Source: Chitinivibrionales bacterium
GTDB taxonomy: Bacteria; Fibrobacterota; Chitinivibrionia; Chitinivibrionales; WJKA01
NCBI GenBank assembly: GCA_038247415.1
Contig: JBBRUX010000010.1
Coordinates: 1 to 64,000 of the forward strand
Reading direction: 5' to 3'
Length of the DNA stretch: 64,000 nucleotides
Shown here: one piece after another, positions 40,001-49,690 of the stretch
How the letters are laid out: each line of letters begins with the position of its first letter
How positions within the stretch are numbered: the stretch's first letter is position 1
Position numbers and translations under genes: made by a program
The notes under the pieces: generated by a model
What the model saw: the letters and a program-made list of their open reading frames with translations, nothing else
Databases searched by the model: none
Told to the model about the DNA's origin: nothing

Positions 40001-41123
40001 TCGCATAAAACTTACGGGAACGTGGCTTCTCCGTTCCACATCGTTTACTTACCCCTTTTTGGTCGAAGAAAAAATTCCTATAACCATCGATCCATTTCCC
40101 TTTGTGACATGGGAAATGGATGTTCGGGTTAGTAATCCTAAAGTTTCTTATTTTTGGGATATTCGGGGAAATAAGCGAACCCTTATTCGTTTTGTAGAGG
40201 GAACCCTCGATCAAACATCGTATGTAACTGTTCTTGGCCGCGATAAAGATAAAACCTTTCGTCTCCTTGGTGGTATCAAATCATCACGCGGATCTGTCTT
40301 CTTTGGAAAGGTCTTCGATCGGAATTTTAATGTCTCTGTGGATTTTGCTCCCCTTAAACTTTCGGGTGCGGGCGGCTATGATAATTTCCCTGTTATCTCG
40401 GGAAGCGCAGAAGCTTTTTCAGATACCAGTCGATTTAATCGAGTGCAGCTTACCTTACAGGTTACCAATCCGCAAACCGGAGGTATAAGTGAAAAGGGGA
40501 GAATAGCCTTGGTTCCATCTATTACGGGGACGTCGGGCAAATGGAGGCCTGCCAAGGGCTTCGACAGTATTCCCAATTTCATTTTTCATTTATCATCAGA
40601 TATCGACGAACTCAAAGATGACTCTCAACGTCGATTCTTTATGGATGCAGGAGTACGATTTTCTTCAATTCAGGGTGTTGGCAGCGCGGTCACAGATTTT
40701 GGAGGACAATTTTTGCGCCGGTATTTGTTGCAACGATTTCAGCATAATCTTGCTCGCAGTCTTGGATTAGATGTGGTAAGCTTTGAATCATCAATTGCTT
40801 CTAATTATTTTACCTACTTAAATAATCGTAATTCCAAAGAGTATTCTAACCAGTGGTATCTGCTCACTAACATGGGCGTTACGGTTGGTCGGTATTTTTT
40901 TCACGATTATTTGTTTTTAAAGGCTCAGGGGCAATTCATCTCAGTAGATACTATTGTAAAACCAGAGTACAGTGTGGGTCTTGAGTTTATGCCCGTTCAG
41001 AATCTTATGTTCAACGTAAGTAATGGTTTTTATGCCAATGCAAATGGTTTTACCTATAATCCTCGAGTCCAGTTTCAGTTACAAGTGCCCATTGCGCCAA
41101 TGAGAAAATTGCTCGATTTTTGA
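37014..41123 (+). CDS. TamB / AsmA-like large periplasmic beta-rich protein
   Basis: N-terminal anchor, ~1370 aa of beta repeats, C-terminal GLDVV...VTVGRYF resembling TamB; immediately upstream of bamA. Confidence 0.65.
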   Translation: MKPRKWVVVVACIIGILGGALYQGVRYVEKKRGLEDFLVQRVRLAMGGSCSIEKVSLGLLTVHLRQVTADYPDYGFHVSIKNINVSISLFELMRTRGDVAKSISRILVNQPVIVFNPFVMHPDTLAKSADEFPLDELVIQNGRFILLDNKNDSMYLGDKLDGLLVKENNALSVKLKGCLASTKKNLSCTGILSPTGVPERISLRLNKARMNKPFTVKGASFTGGEIDGTLELSFKAPFTIKALDLRGTVTLSKASVTIPALPDPFESLMLGVSLNGTTLHIDSCGGAYKDATFRLGGTWDLTDTDSSSFWVSLYNVNPAQYLAPINKQFSSLVSGTAWVTGTGYKRAQSNSIEYNATIGGISLLGEPVLRGHVRGRVLPDKTVLDSARIQTVRSSLLVSGNISYAPKSLMYASYVNLQSDTIPFLTAVHGTVSASASISGDEKSCTYQGTVKISKGMAYQIPLQDLELTVMGTNSMLNFGTISNQSAPLSFSGNIENLATISPQVHASGRLGPPIISKINAAIPQEFKKCIGVREGSFALEAQGSKCKGSLSCTLTDALIGGKATIKFTADSSGFSWNTAGNSIVLSGNPLDFQGVGVLRNDSMRVDSLKLGSLLRAHGIVGTGARPWIDCNVWFDTLGIAELLPLFSDPLPFPVGGYISGQTRISGTLEEPVTHSMLRLVNGSVSELTGFSADAIVQTMGSSHFKILPVIVRRKGVVVFSTDTISEVGMSGKFSDLDLETYAHAFLDPEIALSGMVRGSFTQSNSGPIHIELSSYKVIMGDAILTNLSLKAQCASTGLENIYGTFSDSTRTHATIVGNVPYAFLAGSATETDTLHVALDAQGDFLATIGRQFISPLGGSGDGTLHIEVVATGEKIRFVNGRIDVPKGKLMVEPYIPGGIENFSAHATIDESGKVATILGGLIHKKPATITSVHFLPKGYDPLKIGPLDFGALAISTPKGGIHIHLPGFHEIGDVADVEFAGRSPFPAFTVSGPLDRIKLTGTWLLRSTSFTYPFLVEEKIPITIDPFPFVTWEMDVRVSNPKVSYFWDIRGNKRTLIRFVEGTLDQTSYVTVLGRDKDKTFRLLGGIKSSRGSVFFGKVFDRNFNVSVDFAPLKLSGAGGYDNFPVISGSAEAFSDTSRFNRVQLTLQVTNPQTGGISEKGRIALVPSITGTSGKWRPAKGFDSIPNFIFHLSSDIDELKDDSQRRFFMDAGVRFSSIQGVGSAVTDFGGQFLRRYLLQRFQHNLARSLGLDVVSFESSIASNYFTYLNNRNSKEYSNQWYLLTNMGVTVGRYFFHDYLFLKAQGQFISVDTIVKPEYSVGLEFMPVQNLMFNVSNGFYANANGFTYNPRVQFQLQVPIAPMRKLLDF

Positions 41124-41140
41124 ACAGAAAGCATCTATTT

Positions 41141-43462
41141 ATGAAGGTTTTTATCGGTCGTCTTGTTCCTCTTTGTATAATGTTACTCGCTTCTTTATCT
41201 TCTGCAAAAGTTCTCGATACGCTTATTATCGAAGGTGTCTCTTCTTCGGTGCAGGGCTCTATTGTACGCAGTCAATGTGGTTTACATACCAAGAGCGATA
41301 TCTCTGGCCCAGCCCTCACAGACGCAGTAAAGCGACTGTATTATTTGGGCCTTTTTAAAAGTGTCGACTTTGCAATTGCATCAGAAACCGACACCTCTGT
41401 ATCGCTGGTTCTTAAAGTTCTCGAATTTCCTATGGTAGAAACGGTCGAATATGTAGGTAATAAAAAACTTAAAATCGAAGATTTCGAAAAAACCGTAACC
41501 CTTAAAAAAAATCAGGTTCTTTCCGATGCTTCACAGTTTAATGCTATTACTGCAATTAAAAAGCTGTATGCAGAAAAAGGCTATCTTAATGCAGCTGTCA
41601 CTATCGACACCGTTTCTGCAAAAGCTCTTGGCAATGTTTTGGTTAAAATAAAAATAAAAGAAAATGCAAAGGTAGAAGTAAAAACCATTGCGTTTAAAGG
41701 TAATGTTGCTATAAAAACATCAAAGCTCAAATGGACCTTTAAAACAAAAGAGAAAAAGATTTTGTGGGGTGGGGATTTTGATGCCGAAAAATACAAACTT
41801 CATCTCGATTCGCTGATTATGTTTTATAACGATTTGGGTTATCTCGATGCCGAAATCGAGAAAGATAGCGTAAACTATTCAGACAATAAAAAAGATCTCA
41901 ACCTGGTGATCTATATCCACGAAGGCAATAAATTTATCAGGGGCAACGTGTACTTTACCGGTAATAAAGTTATAGAAACTCCCGATCTCGATTCAGTAAT
42001 AGCCTTTCGTAAAGGCAAACCGTTTAGTAAAACTGAATTTGAAATGACCAAAGAAGCAGTGGTTTCGCGTTATCGCGAGGATGGCTTTTTGTGGGTTCAG
42101 GTCAAAGATCAGAGGCAATACCGCGGGGACACCATCGATGTTACCTTCGACATTGTTGAAGGTGTACCTGCAATTATCCGCAAAATAGACATTACAGGAA
42201 ATACAAAAACCCGCGAAAAGGTCGTGCGTCGCGAACTCGTTTTGTATCCCGGACAAAAGTACAAGCATTCTCAAATGATGCGCAGCGTGCGCGATGCCAT
42301 GCAGCTCAATTTTTTTACAACCGTTGTGCCAGATATGCGCCCTAATGATGATGGCACCGTCGACTTTATATTTAACATTCAGGAAAAAGATAATATTGGG
42401 CAATTGCAGCTTGGCGCAGCGTATAGTGTAGTCGATAAATTTACGGCAAATTTCTCTACGTCAATTCCTAATTTTAGGGGTGCAGGGCAGCAGCTTAATT
42501 TGTCGGTCGATTATGGAATGCGTCGTCAGGCAGTTTCATTAGGGTTTATGGAACCATGGGCCTTTGAAACGCCTACTTCACTAAGCGGGACAGTTTTCTT
42601 TGATCGTGGCGTCGATTATACAAATGCTGATATAAGCGTCATTAGCGGCGGTTTTAGAGGTGGCGTGGGGCGAAGACTTACCTGGCCCGATGATTATTTT
42701 ACGGCAAGTGCAGGATATGAGTTAAGTTGGCAAGACCAACTAACGAGTAATTCCGCCACAAATTTGCTTGATTACGAATATAAAAACGGAAATTTGGAAG
42801 TGTTGCGCAGAGGTCTCTACAGTAAACTTTCGCTTGGTCTGCGGCGATCAGATACCGATTTGCCAATGTTTCCGACCAGTGGTTCTGTTCTGAGTATAAA
42901 CACCGATATTGCCGGGCTTGGTGGTGATTATAGCTTTGCAAAAGGAATACTGAGCACAGAGAACTATTATCCTATTTTTTGGAAAGTGGTGCTTATTGCG
43001 CAAACAAAATTTGGGCTCATTTCTTCTCTTGGCGCGGGTCCTATAAAAATACCACGTGGGGAGCTGTTTAAAGCTGGTGGCGTGTATGGTGTTGATGGTA
43101 TTATTCGTGGATATCCTGAGTATTCTTTTGGTGGTTATTCTAACACGTTCTATTCTCAAGGAACCAATCGGGCTCTCACAATGTTAACATTATCGGGTGG
43201 GCTCCAAATCCCTATTTTGGATCAACAATTATATCTCATGCTTTTTGGGGATATGGGCAACATATGGGCGAGAATAGCTGATGTAAATTTAAAGGATACG
43301 TATCACGGTGTAGGTGCAGGATTTCGACTTCAAATCCCAATGCTCGGTTTGCTTGGGTTTGATTTTGGATGGGGGCTCGACCAACTCGATAAGGATTCTT
43401 ATTTTGGCAATAAGCCGCAATCTCATCTTGTACCGCATTTTATTATGAATAAAGGTTTTTAA
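41141..43462 (+). CDS. bamA: Outer membrane protein assembly factor BamA
   Basis: POTRA repeats (GNTKTREKVVRRE), NFRGAG, IRGY barrel motif, C-terminal F. Alternative TTG start at 41120. Confidence 0.95.
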   Translation: MKVFIGRLVPLCIMLLASLSSAKVLDTLIIEGVSSSVQGSIVRSQCGLHTKSDISGPALTDAVKRLYYLGLFKSVDFAIASETDTSVSLVLKVLEFPMVETVEYVGNKKLKIEDFEKTVTLKKNQVLSDASQFNAITAIKKLYAEKGYLNAAVTIDTVSAKALGNVLVKIKIKENAKVEVKTIAFKGNVAIKTSKLKWTFKTKEKKILWGGDFDAEKYKLHLDSLIMFYNDLGYLDAEIEKDSVNYSDNKKDLNLVIYIHEGNKFIRGNVYFTGNKVIETPDLDSVIAFRKGKPFSKTEFEMTKEAVVSRYREDGFLWVQVKDQRQYRGDTIDVTFDIVEGVPAIIRKIDITGNTKTREKVVRRELVLYPGQKYKHSQMMRSVRDAMQLNFFTTVVPDMRPNDDGTVDFIFNIQEKDNIGQLQLGAAYSVVDKFTANFSTSIPNFRGAGQQLNLSVDYGMRRQAVSLGFMEPWAFETPTSLSGTVFFDRGVDYTNADISVISGGFRGGVGRRLTWPDDYFTASAGYELSWQDQLTSNSATNLLDYEYKNGNLEVLRRGLYSKLSLGLRRSDTDLPMFPTSGSVLSINTDIAGLGGDYSFAKGILSTENYYPIFWKVVLIAQTKFGLISSLGAGPIKIPRGELFKAGGVYGVDGIIRGYPEYSFGGYSNTFYSQGTNRALTMLTLSGGLQIPILDQQLYLMLFGDMGNIWARIADVNLKDTYHGVGAGFRLQIPMLGLLGFDFGWGLDQLDKDSYFGNKPQSHLVPHFIMNKGF

Positions 43463-43496
43463 TTTTTCTACCTGTTTTACGAAAGAGAGGCGATGC

Positions 43497-44018
43497 ATGA
43501 ATCGTTTTGCTATCAGTGCCCTTTTTGCAATTCTTGCTGGGGCCGCAACCATGGTTTCTGGTGAACTCAAGCTTGGCTATATCAATTCACAATCAATTTT
43601 CAAAGATTATCAGGGAACCAAAGAAGCCCAAGATAAGTTCGACAAGGAAGTTGCGAAGTGGGAACAAGATGCAAGCACCATGAAAAAAGAACTGGAAGAT
43701 ATGAAGGCGCAGCTTGATAAGCAGAGTTTGTTGCTTTCATCGGAAAAGAAGAAGGAACTTGAAGAACAGCTTAAGCAAAAGTATGTAACCTATCAGACTT
43801 TCTTGCAAGAAAAGCTTGGTCAGAACGGCGAAGTTCTCAAAAAAAATGTTGAACTAACAAAGCCAATTATCGATAAAATTAATAAGATTATTCAAAAGAT
43901 TGCCGCCGACGAGAAATACGATTTTATCTTTGATGAGGCAAACGGTGGCGTTATTTACGCTAAAAAAACATTTGATCTTACCGAACGTGTTCTTAAAATT
44001 CTCAATACAGAACAATAA
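43497..44018 (+). CDS. skp: Periplasmic chaperone Skp/OmpH
   Basis: KLGYIN, long coiled coil, YDFIFD...DLTERVL; between bamA and lpxD. Confidence 0.92.
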   Translation: MNRFAISALFAILAGAATMVSGELKLGYINSQSIFKDYQGTKEAQDKFDKEVAKWEQDASTMKKELEDMKAQLDKQSLLLSSEKKKELEEQLKQKYVTYQTFLQEKLGQNGEVLKKNVELTKPIIDKINKIIQKIAADEKYDFIFDEANGGVIYAKKTFDLTERVLKILNTEQ

Positions 44019-44021
44019 TTC

Positions 44022-45050
44022 ATGAAGCTTTCGCACATTGCGCTTCATCTTGGGTGTGCTTGTTCCAATACCGATGGTTTACAAGAAATCATTGGTATTG
44101 CTGCTCCTGAAACTGCACTTGCGCTCGAAATTGTTTTTTTATCCGATCCCAAATACCTTCCGGCTGTTACAGAATCTCCAGCGTTAGTTGTTATTGTAAA
44201 GACAGGAACAGCTATCGCGGGTAAAATTCTTCTTGAGGTTGCCGATCCGTATGTTGGGTATGCAAAAGTAGCGCAGCTTTTTGAAGATTGTAAACCGCTT
44301 TTTGCTCCTCACACTCCTCAAACCGTTTATATCGATCCATCAGCGTCTGTTCATGCTAGTGTTGCGCTTGGTCCCTTTTGTGTTATTGGTGCACGCTGTA
44401 GCGTGGGCGAAAATACCGTACTGGGCGCTGGGGTTGTTGTTGAACCAGGGTGCACTCTAGGATCCAATTGCCGAATAGATTCCAGAGCTGTTATAAAACG
44501 TTATTGCTCACTCGGCAATAATGTAATTATTGAGTCTGGTACTGTTATAGGATCCGAAGGTTTTGGCAACGCTTATGATGGCAAAGAGTTTGTTCGCATC
44601 CCGTCTATGGGAACGGTAATCATAGAAGATAACGTTTGGATTGGCGCTAATACCTGCATCGATCGTGGTGCTTTGGGGCCCACGGTTATTGGTAAAGGGT
44701 CTCGATTAGATAACCTTATTCATATTGCGCATAATGTTACTGTAGGCCATAACACGGCAATGGCTGCCCAGGTGGGCATATCTGGAAGCACCAAAGTTGG
44801 TAACAATGTAATTCTTGCCGGTCAAGCAGGTTTTGTTGGTCACATCGAAATTGGTGATGGGGCATTCGTTGGTGCACAAGCAGGTGTCAGCAAAAGTGTT
44901 GCACCAGGTGCTAAAGTAACGGGTTACCCAGCCCGCGATTTTATGACGATGCGTCGCATTGAAGCTGCCGAAAGCGAGCTACCCCAGCTCATCAAAGAAT
45001 TTAGACATGTCAAGAAGCGGCTCGATAAGCTCGATCCTCCCTCGGTATAA
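44022..45050 (+). CDS. lpxD: UDP-3-O-acylglucosamine N-acyltransferase
   Basis: Hexapeptide repeats; GSEGFG, IGANTCIDRG and LDNLIHIAHNV motifs. Confidence 0.95.
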   Translation: MKLSHIALHLGCACSNTDGLQEIIGIAAPETALALEIVFLSDPKYLPAVTESPALVVIVKTGTAIAGKILLEVADPYVGYAKVAQLFEDCKPLFAPHTPQTVYIDPSASVHASVALGPFCVIGARCSVGENTVLGAGVVVEPGCTLGSNCRIDSRAVIKRYCSLGNNVIIESGTVIGSEGFGNAYDGKEFVRIPSMGTVIIEDNVWIGANTCIDRGALGPTVIGKGSRLDNLIHIAHNVTVGHNTAMAAQVGISGSTKVGNNVILAGQAGFVGHIEIGDGAFVGAQAGVSKSVAPGAKVTGYPARDFMTMRRIEAAESELPQLIKEFRHVKKRLDKLDPPSV

Positions 45051-45108
45051 ATACTATCCTTGATAAATGTTAAATCGTAGGAACTACAAAGTATAAAGCT
45101 AATGCTTT

Positions 45109-46233
45109 TTAATGCCCGGTAATCCAGAAACCGAGATGTGGTAATTCATCGGTGAGAGCTGCTTTTGCTTTGTTGAGTGATTCATTAAGAGATAATCCTA
45201 AGCAGAGCGGAATAAAAGATTCAGAAGGAATTCCAAGCGTTGAAACGTTTTTTACCTGCGCAGGATGAAAGTAGGCGCTTAAAAATTCTACAAGTGTCAA
45301 ATTATTTGCCCCGCCTCCCGATATCCAAACAATACTTGGAGAAGACGATGCAAGAGGAGTGCGTTTAAAACTTTTATAAATCGACAAAGAAGAAAGTGCT
45401 GTGAGTGTTGCGAGTTTATCTGCGGGTAAAAGATCCTTAAGCGCTTCGTGCTCCAAAAGTGACATACAACGCCAAATTGACAAAGGAATAGAGTCGGTAA
45501 ATGAAAAGATTGGATCTGCAGAGAGTGTTTCGCACAAGCGAGTATCCACGGTTCCGGTGGCTGCGATTTTACCATCCCTATCAAAGCCTTCTGTGGCGCC
45601 ACACTCGATCGCGCTATGGTTAATCAGGCATGTACCCGGTCCGCAGTCGATATCTGCAATAACTTTTTTGGTAGTACCATCTATTGCAAACATTCGGCTA
45701 ATGAGCCCAAGATTAATTGCGAGGATTGGCCCTTCTTGCGCCTTGGCAAGTACTTCCAAGCCCTCATGAGCAGCTCGTCGATCGGCAAGCATGTTTGTAA
45801 GTATTGGTACATTATACAAGCGCGAAAGAGGAAGTGTAGAACCGATTTCGAATGTATGAGGCGCTCCAGAGAGTCCGCCTGGCTTTTCTTGAGAGAATAT
45901 TATAAGCGAGTTCGCAATTATGCAATGAGGCTGCAATTGAGTTTTAGGAATACTTTTGAGAAGCGCGGCTGCACACTCCAAAAAAAGCCCAGAAATTTTA
46001 GCATCGAGATGGGTTATAAGGGCAAGTCCTAATGGAGTATCGGGTGACTCGAGAAGTTGGGTGATAAGGGCTTGTGTGGTTTGCGGATACGGCAAAAATG
46101 CTTGAGAGAGAATTGACCAGCTTTCAGCCTTACACTCAAGGTAAAGGCCAGCTATGCCGCTTTGGAGTGAACCCGCAGAGAGTATCAGAATCCGGCGAGA
46201 TTTCGCTTTTTTAAGAGAACTCAAAAAATCCAT
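45109..46233 (-). CDS. Divergent anhydro-N-acetylmuramic acid kinase (AnmK)-like protein
   Basis: Retains DCGPG, FDRDG..A..G and GGGANN; N-terminal SGTSxDG and GGQGAPL motifs are degenerate. Confidence 0.7.
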   Translation of the reverse strand: MDFLSSLKKAKSRRILILSAGSLQSGIAGLYLECKAESWSILSQAFLPYPQTTQALITQLLESPDTPLGLALITHLDAKISGLFLECAAALLKSIPKTQLQPHCIIANSLIIFSQEKPGGLSGAPHTFEIGSTLPLSRLYNVPILTNMLADRRAAHEGLEVLAKAQEGPILAINLGLISRMFAIDGTTKKVIADIDCGPGTCLINHSAIECGATEGFDRDGKIAATGTVDTRLCETLSADPIFSFTDSIPLSIWRCMSLLEHEALKDLLPADKLATLTALSSLSIYKSFKRTPLASSSPSIVWISGGGANNLTLVEFLSAYFHPAQVKNVSTLGIPSESFIPLCLGLSLNESLNKAKAALTDELPHLGFWITGH

Positions 46234-46400
46234 CTGCGCCTCATTCGTAAAAGAGAAACACTCTTAACCTAATGCTTTAAAAAATAAAATACATTATTCA
46301 TCGGTTAAAAGCGCGTAACAGTATCTTCTGGGATAGATCTAATGTATCTTTTACTCTTGTTTCGAGCATTTTCTTACCTTTTTAAGGGCAGGATCGTGGT

Positions 46401-47864
46401 ATGAACAATTATTGGTTGTTTTTGGATCGTTTTTTTCAAAAGGTAAGAATCGGATTAATTGTTGGGGCAATGGCCGTTCCGCTCTGCGCAGAAATGTTTA
46501 CAGAAAGAAGTGTTACACTATCTGTGCTCCAATCAAATCGGGATATTGCACTTATCCAAAGCACAGCACTACGAGATTCACTCACGTATATAGACAAAAT
46601 GCAAACGTGGCTGCCTTCGGTTTCACTCTCGGCAACGCATAATTATGTTCTTCTCGATACTCAGACTATTCCTCCACCGCTTGGAAATGCGAATTCTGTT
46701 TTCTCTTCGTTTGGCATAGTTGCGCAGCAAAATGTTTCATCGGGTGGTGTTGCATCAGTCTCTGCAAGTCAGAACATCTTTCATGGGCATAGTGGTAATG
46801 GTTTTGCCAAGCCAGCTTATAGCGGAGTCGTAGAAATCTCCTATATACAACCTCTCCTTTCAAACGCATGGGCGTATGGGGCATCTGATGTGCAAACAAA
46901 GCTAGCAGTGTGGGATAACGCTCTTGCAAAGGTTGCGAGACGAAGCGGTTTGCTCGCTCAAATTGCTTCGGTGCGAAAGAATTACTGGAATTATTATCTG
47001 AGCTATAAAACTTTGTCAATTAATGAGAATGATGTTCAGTATTCGAAGCGAGCCGCGGAATTTGCTAAAGAGAAATTCAAACTTGGCGCAGTTGCCGAAC
47101 TCGATACTCTTAGCGCAATGTTTAGCCTGATTACGGCAGAGCAAAATTTACTAACTGCTAAAAATTCCCTTGCTTATTCGCAAAGATCTTTAGCAATTCA
47201 GCTTGGGCTCTCCGTCACGAGCTATTTTGCAATTGATACAAACCTTGTATCATCGCTTGATTCTATGAAGTCGTTTGAATCATGCAGTACAAGCGCATTC
47301 CACAATGATCCCGAGTTGTTGCGATTAAAAATCGCAACCGAAAAGTATGCGTATTTGTATAGGGATAATCGAAATGCTTTGCTGCCATCTGTTTCTGCAT
47401 CGGCCCTGTATAACCAGAAAGTTCATGGTGCAATGGGGGATACGCTTGCAAGCGGAAACCTCACGATTGGTCTTAAGGCTGTGTATACAATTCCCACTGT
47501 TTCTCCAACGCATGCTTTGCGAAAAACGAGTATGGACATAAACGATAATGCCTTGAATGAAGAATATCGCCACAAAACGCTCGCTAACCAGCTTCGTACT
47601 GCCTACGATGCGTTAAGAGCGGCTCGTAAATCTCTCGAATTATCGTTGATTGCAAAGCACATTGCACAAAAGAAACTCGATGCAGTAGAAGCGGGATATC
47701 GGCTGGGTACTAAGGATAATTTGACCTTCGAAAATGCTCATAACGATTATCTCGTATCTGCAAATGATGTTCTTGCGCGATATGTTACTGTTAAACAATT
47801 GGAAATTGATCTTGAAACCATTATCGGAACCGTTGGAGAATCGATTGGAGTAAAAGTTCCATGA
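46401..47864 (+). CDS. TolC-family outer membrane efflux protein
   Basis: Two OEP repeats (LPSVS, QPLL, FKLGA / YRLGT); heads an efflux operon. Confidence 0.85.
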   Translation: MNNYWLFLDRFFQKVRIGLIVGAMAVPLCAEMFTERSVTLSVLQSNRDIALIQSTALRDSLTYIDKMQTWLPSVSLSATHNYVLLDTQTIPPPLGNANSVFSSFGIVAQQNVSSGGVASVSASQNIFHGHSGNGFAKPAYSGVVEISYIQPLLSNAWAYGASDVQTKLAVWDNALAKVARRSGLLAQIASVRKNYWNYYLSYKTLSINENDVQYSKRAAEFAKEKFKLGAVAELDTLSAMFSLITAEQNLLTAKNSLAYSQRSLAIQLGLSVTSYFAIDTNLVSSLDSMKSFESCSTSAFHNDPELLRLKIATEKYAYLYRDNRNALLPSVSASALYNQKVHGAMGDTLASGNLTIGLKAVYTIPTVSPTHALRKTSMDINDNALNEEYRHKTLANQLRTAYDALRAARKSLELSLIAKHIAQKKLDAVEAGYRLGTKDNLTFENAHNDYLVSANDVLARYVTVKQLEIDLETIIGTVGESIGVKVP

Positions 47865-49006
47865 AGTTAGGAAATCACCTTGCAATGTTAGTCGTGTGTG
47901 GCGTTTTAAATTTTGGTTGCTCATCTGCAAAGCGTGATGCTTCTGAGATTGAGAATGTAAAAGTTGATTATATCGATTTGCATGATGTCATCCGTCAAAC
48001 AGGAGATGTTAGACCTGTTCTCAAAGTTGATATTAAATCTGAGGCGAGCGGTGTTATCAAAAGATTGAATGTCAAAGAAGGACAGGCTCTCAAAAAAAAC
48101 GATACCATTCTCTCTATCGATCCCGCACGCTTACTGTATCAGAAACAACGGTGTGATTTGGCGGTAAGTTTGGCTCAAATTTCTCGGGATCGGGCATTGC
48201 GCGACTTTGAACAAAACAATGAGCTTGCGGCAACGGGAAGCATTGCTTCTAAAACCCTGGCCGATTTAAAAAGCGAATATGAATTAAAGGATATTCTTGT
48301 TCGGCAGCAGGAGTTGGAACAAAAGGATCTTGCTGACCAATTGAGAAAAACCGTTGTCCTCGCCCCCATGTCGGGCGTGCTCACAGCGCTCAATATAGAA
48401 GAGGGCGAAATAGCAGTGTCTGCAACCAATGGAACTGCACTAGGAACCGAAATAGGTACCATCTCAAATGTTTCAAACCTCGAAGTAGTAAGCAAAATTG
48501 GCGAAGTAGATTATGTACACGTTCACGCAGGCGATAAAGTGACCATTATTCCAGAAGCATTTGATAAAACAAAAACAACAGGCGTCATTACGTTTGTTGC
48601 TCAAAGCGCAAAAAAAGCAGCAAACGAGGAATTAGGAACATTTGAGGTTCGCATTTCTGTTGACAGTGTAATTCCTGGAATTGCATCAGGAATTAATGTG
48701 AATGTTGAATTTCTGGTGCTCGACAAAAAACATGTTATCGGAATTCCCGGACGCTTTATTATGCGCCGCGACAATAAGTCATTTGTCAATCTTGCTGCGC
48801 CAACAGCCAAAGATAAAAATGCCACGGTTGAAAAGGAAATTGTCGTAGGATCAACCGATTTTGCTCAATACGAGGTTGTTTCTGGGCTCTCTGTGGGAGA
48901 TAACGTTGTTTCTGCGTCCGATCCCGATGAAGGCAAAAAAGGACAAAAGGGCAAAGCTCGATCGGGTGGTTTTGGAAATGTTGGAAGGCTCTCGGGAAGG
49001 CGCTAA
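47861..49006 (+). CDS. Periplasmic adaptor (membrane fusion protein), lipoprotein
   Basis: Lipobox-like FGC, IKSEASG.I..L.VKEG and APMSGV motifs. Confidence 0.88.
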   Translation: MKLGNHLAMLVVCGVLNFGCSSAKRDASEIENVKVDYIDLHDVIRQTGDVRPVLKVDIKSEASGVIKRLNVKEGQALKKNDTILSIDPARLLYQKQRCDLAVSLAQISRDRALRDFEQNNELAATGSIASKTLADLKSEYELKDILVRQQELEQKDLADQLRKTVVLAPMSGVLTALNIEEGEIAVSATNGTALGTEIGTISNVSNLEVVSKIGEVDYVHVHAGDKVTIIPEAFDKTKTTGVITFVAQSAKKAANEELGTFEVRISVDSVIPGIASGINVNVEFLVLDKKHVIGIPGRFIMRRDNKSFVNLAAPTAKDKNATVEKEIVVGSTDFAQYEVVSGLSVGDNVVSASDPDEGKKGQKGKARSGGFGNVGRLSGRR

Positions 49007-49009
49007 CCT

Positions 49010-49690
49010 ATGAGCATCGCAACGCCCGTTTTAGAAGTTCGCTCACTGTGCAAACATTATGTGCTCGGAAAAGAAAGCGTTCCGGTTCTTAAAAATGTTG
49101 ATATGAGCATTGCACAAGGTGAGTATGTCGCCATTATGGGGCATAGCGGGGCCGGAAAATCTACGCTCCTCAATATACTGGGTTGCCTCGATATTCCATC
49201 GTCGGGCGAATATCTCTTCAACGGTAAAAATATTGCCGATTGTAGTGCTAATAGCCTCTCTGATATCCGCAACAAAGACATTGGATTTGTTTTTCAAAAT
49301 TTTAATCTGTTGCCAAAACTGACTGTTGCTGCCAATGTTGAACTCCCTCTTATATACGGCAATGTTGCTTCACGAAAGCGTAAATTGCGGGTGGCAGAAG
49401 TTCTTGATCGTTTTGGATTATTAGAACGCAAACATCATTTACCATCTCAAATTTCTGGCGGTCAAAAACAACGCGTTGCAATTGCTCGAGCCCTCGTTAA
49501 AAAACCATCGCTTATCCTTGCCGATGAACCCACCGGAAATCTTGATTCGGCAACAAGTCAGGAAATTTTAGCGGTATTCGATGAGTTGCATAGGGAAGGA
49601 AATACAATTCTTGTCATTACGCACGAACATGACGTAGCAGATCGGGCTGATAGGTGCTTGCATCTGGTGGATGGGGCTTTTATTGCATGA
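49010..49690 (+). CDS. MacB-type ABC transporter ATP-binding protein
   Basis: [17 protein letters not shown] and DEPTGNLDS motifs. Confidence 0.93.
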   Translation: MSIATPVLEVRSLCKHYVLGKESVPVLKNVDMSIAQGEYVAIMGHSGAGKSTLLNILGCLDIPSSGEYLFNGKNIADCSANSLSDIRNKDIGFVFQNFNLLPKLTVAANVELPLIYGNVASRKRKLRVAEVLDRFGLLERKHHLPSQISGGQKQRVAIARALVKKPSLILADEPTGNLDSATSQEILAVFDELHREGNTILVITHEHDVADRADRCLHLVDGAFIA

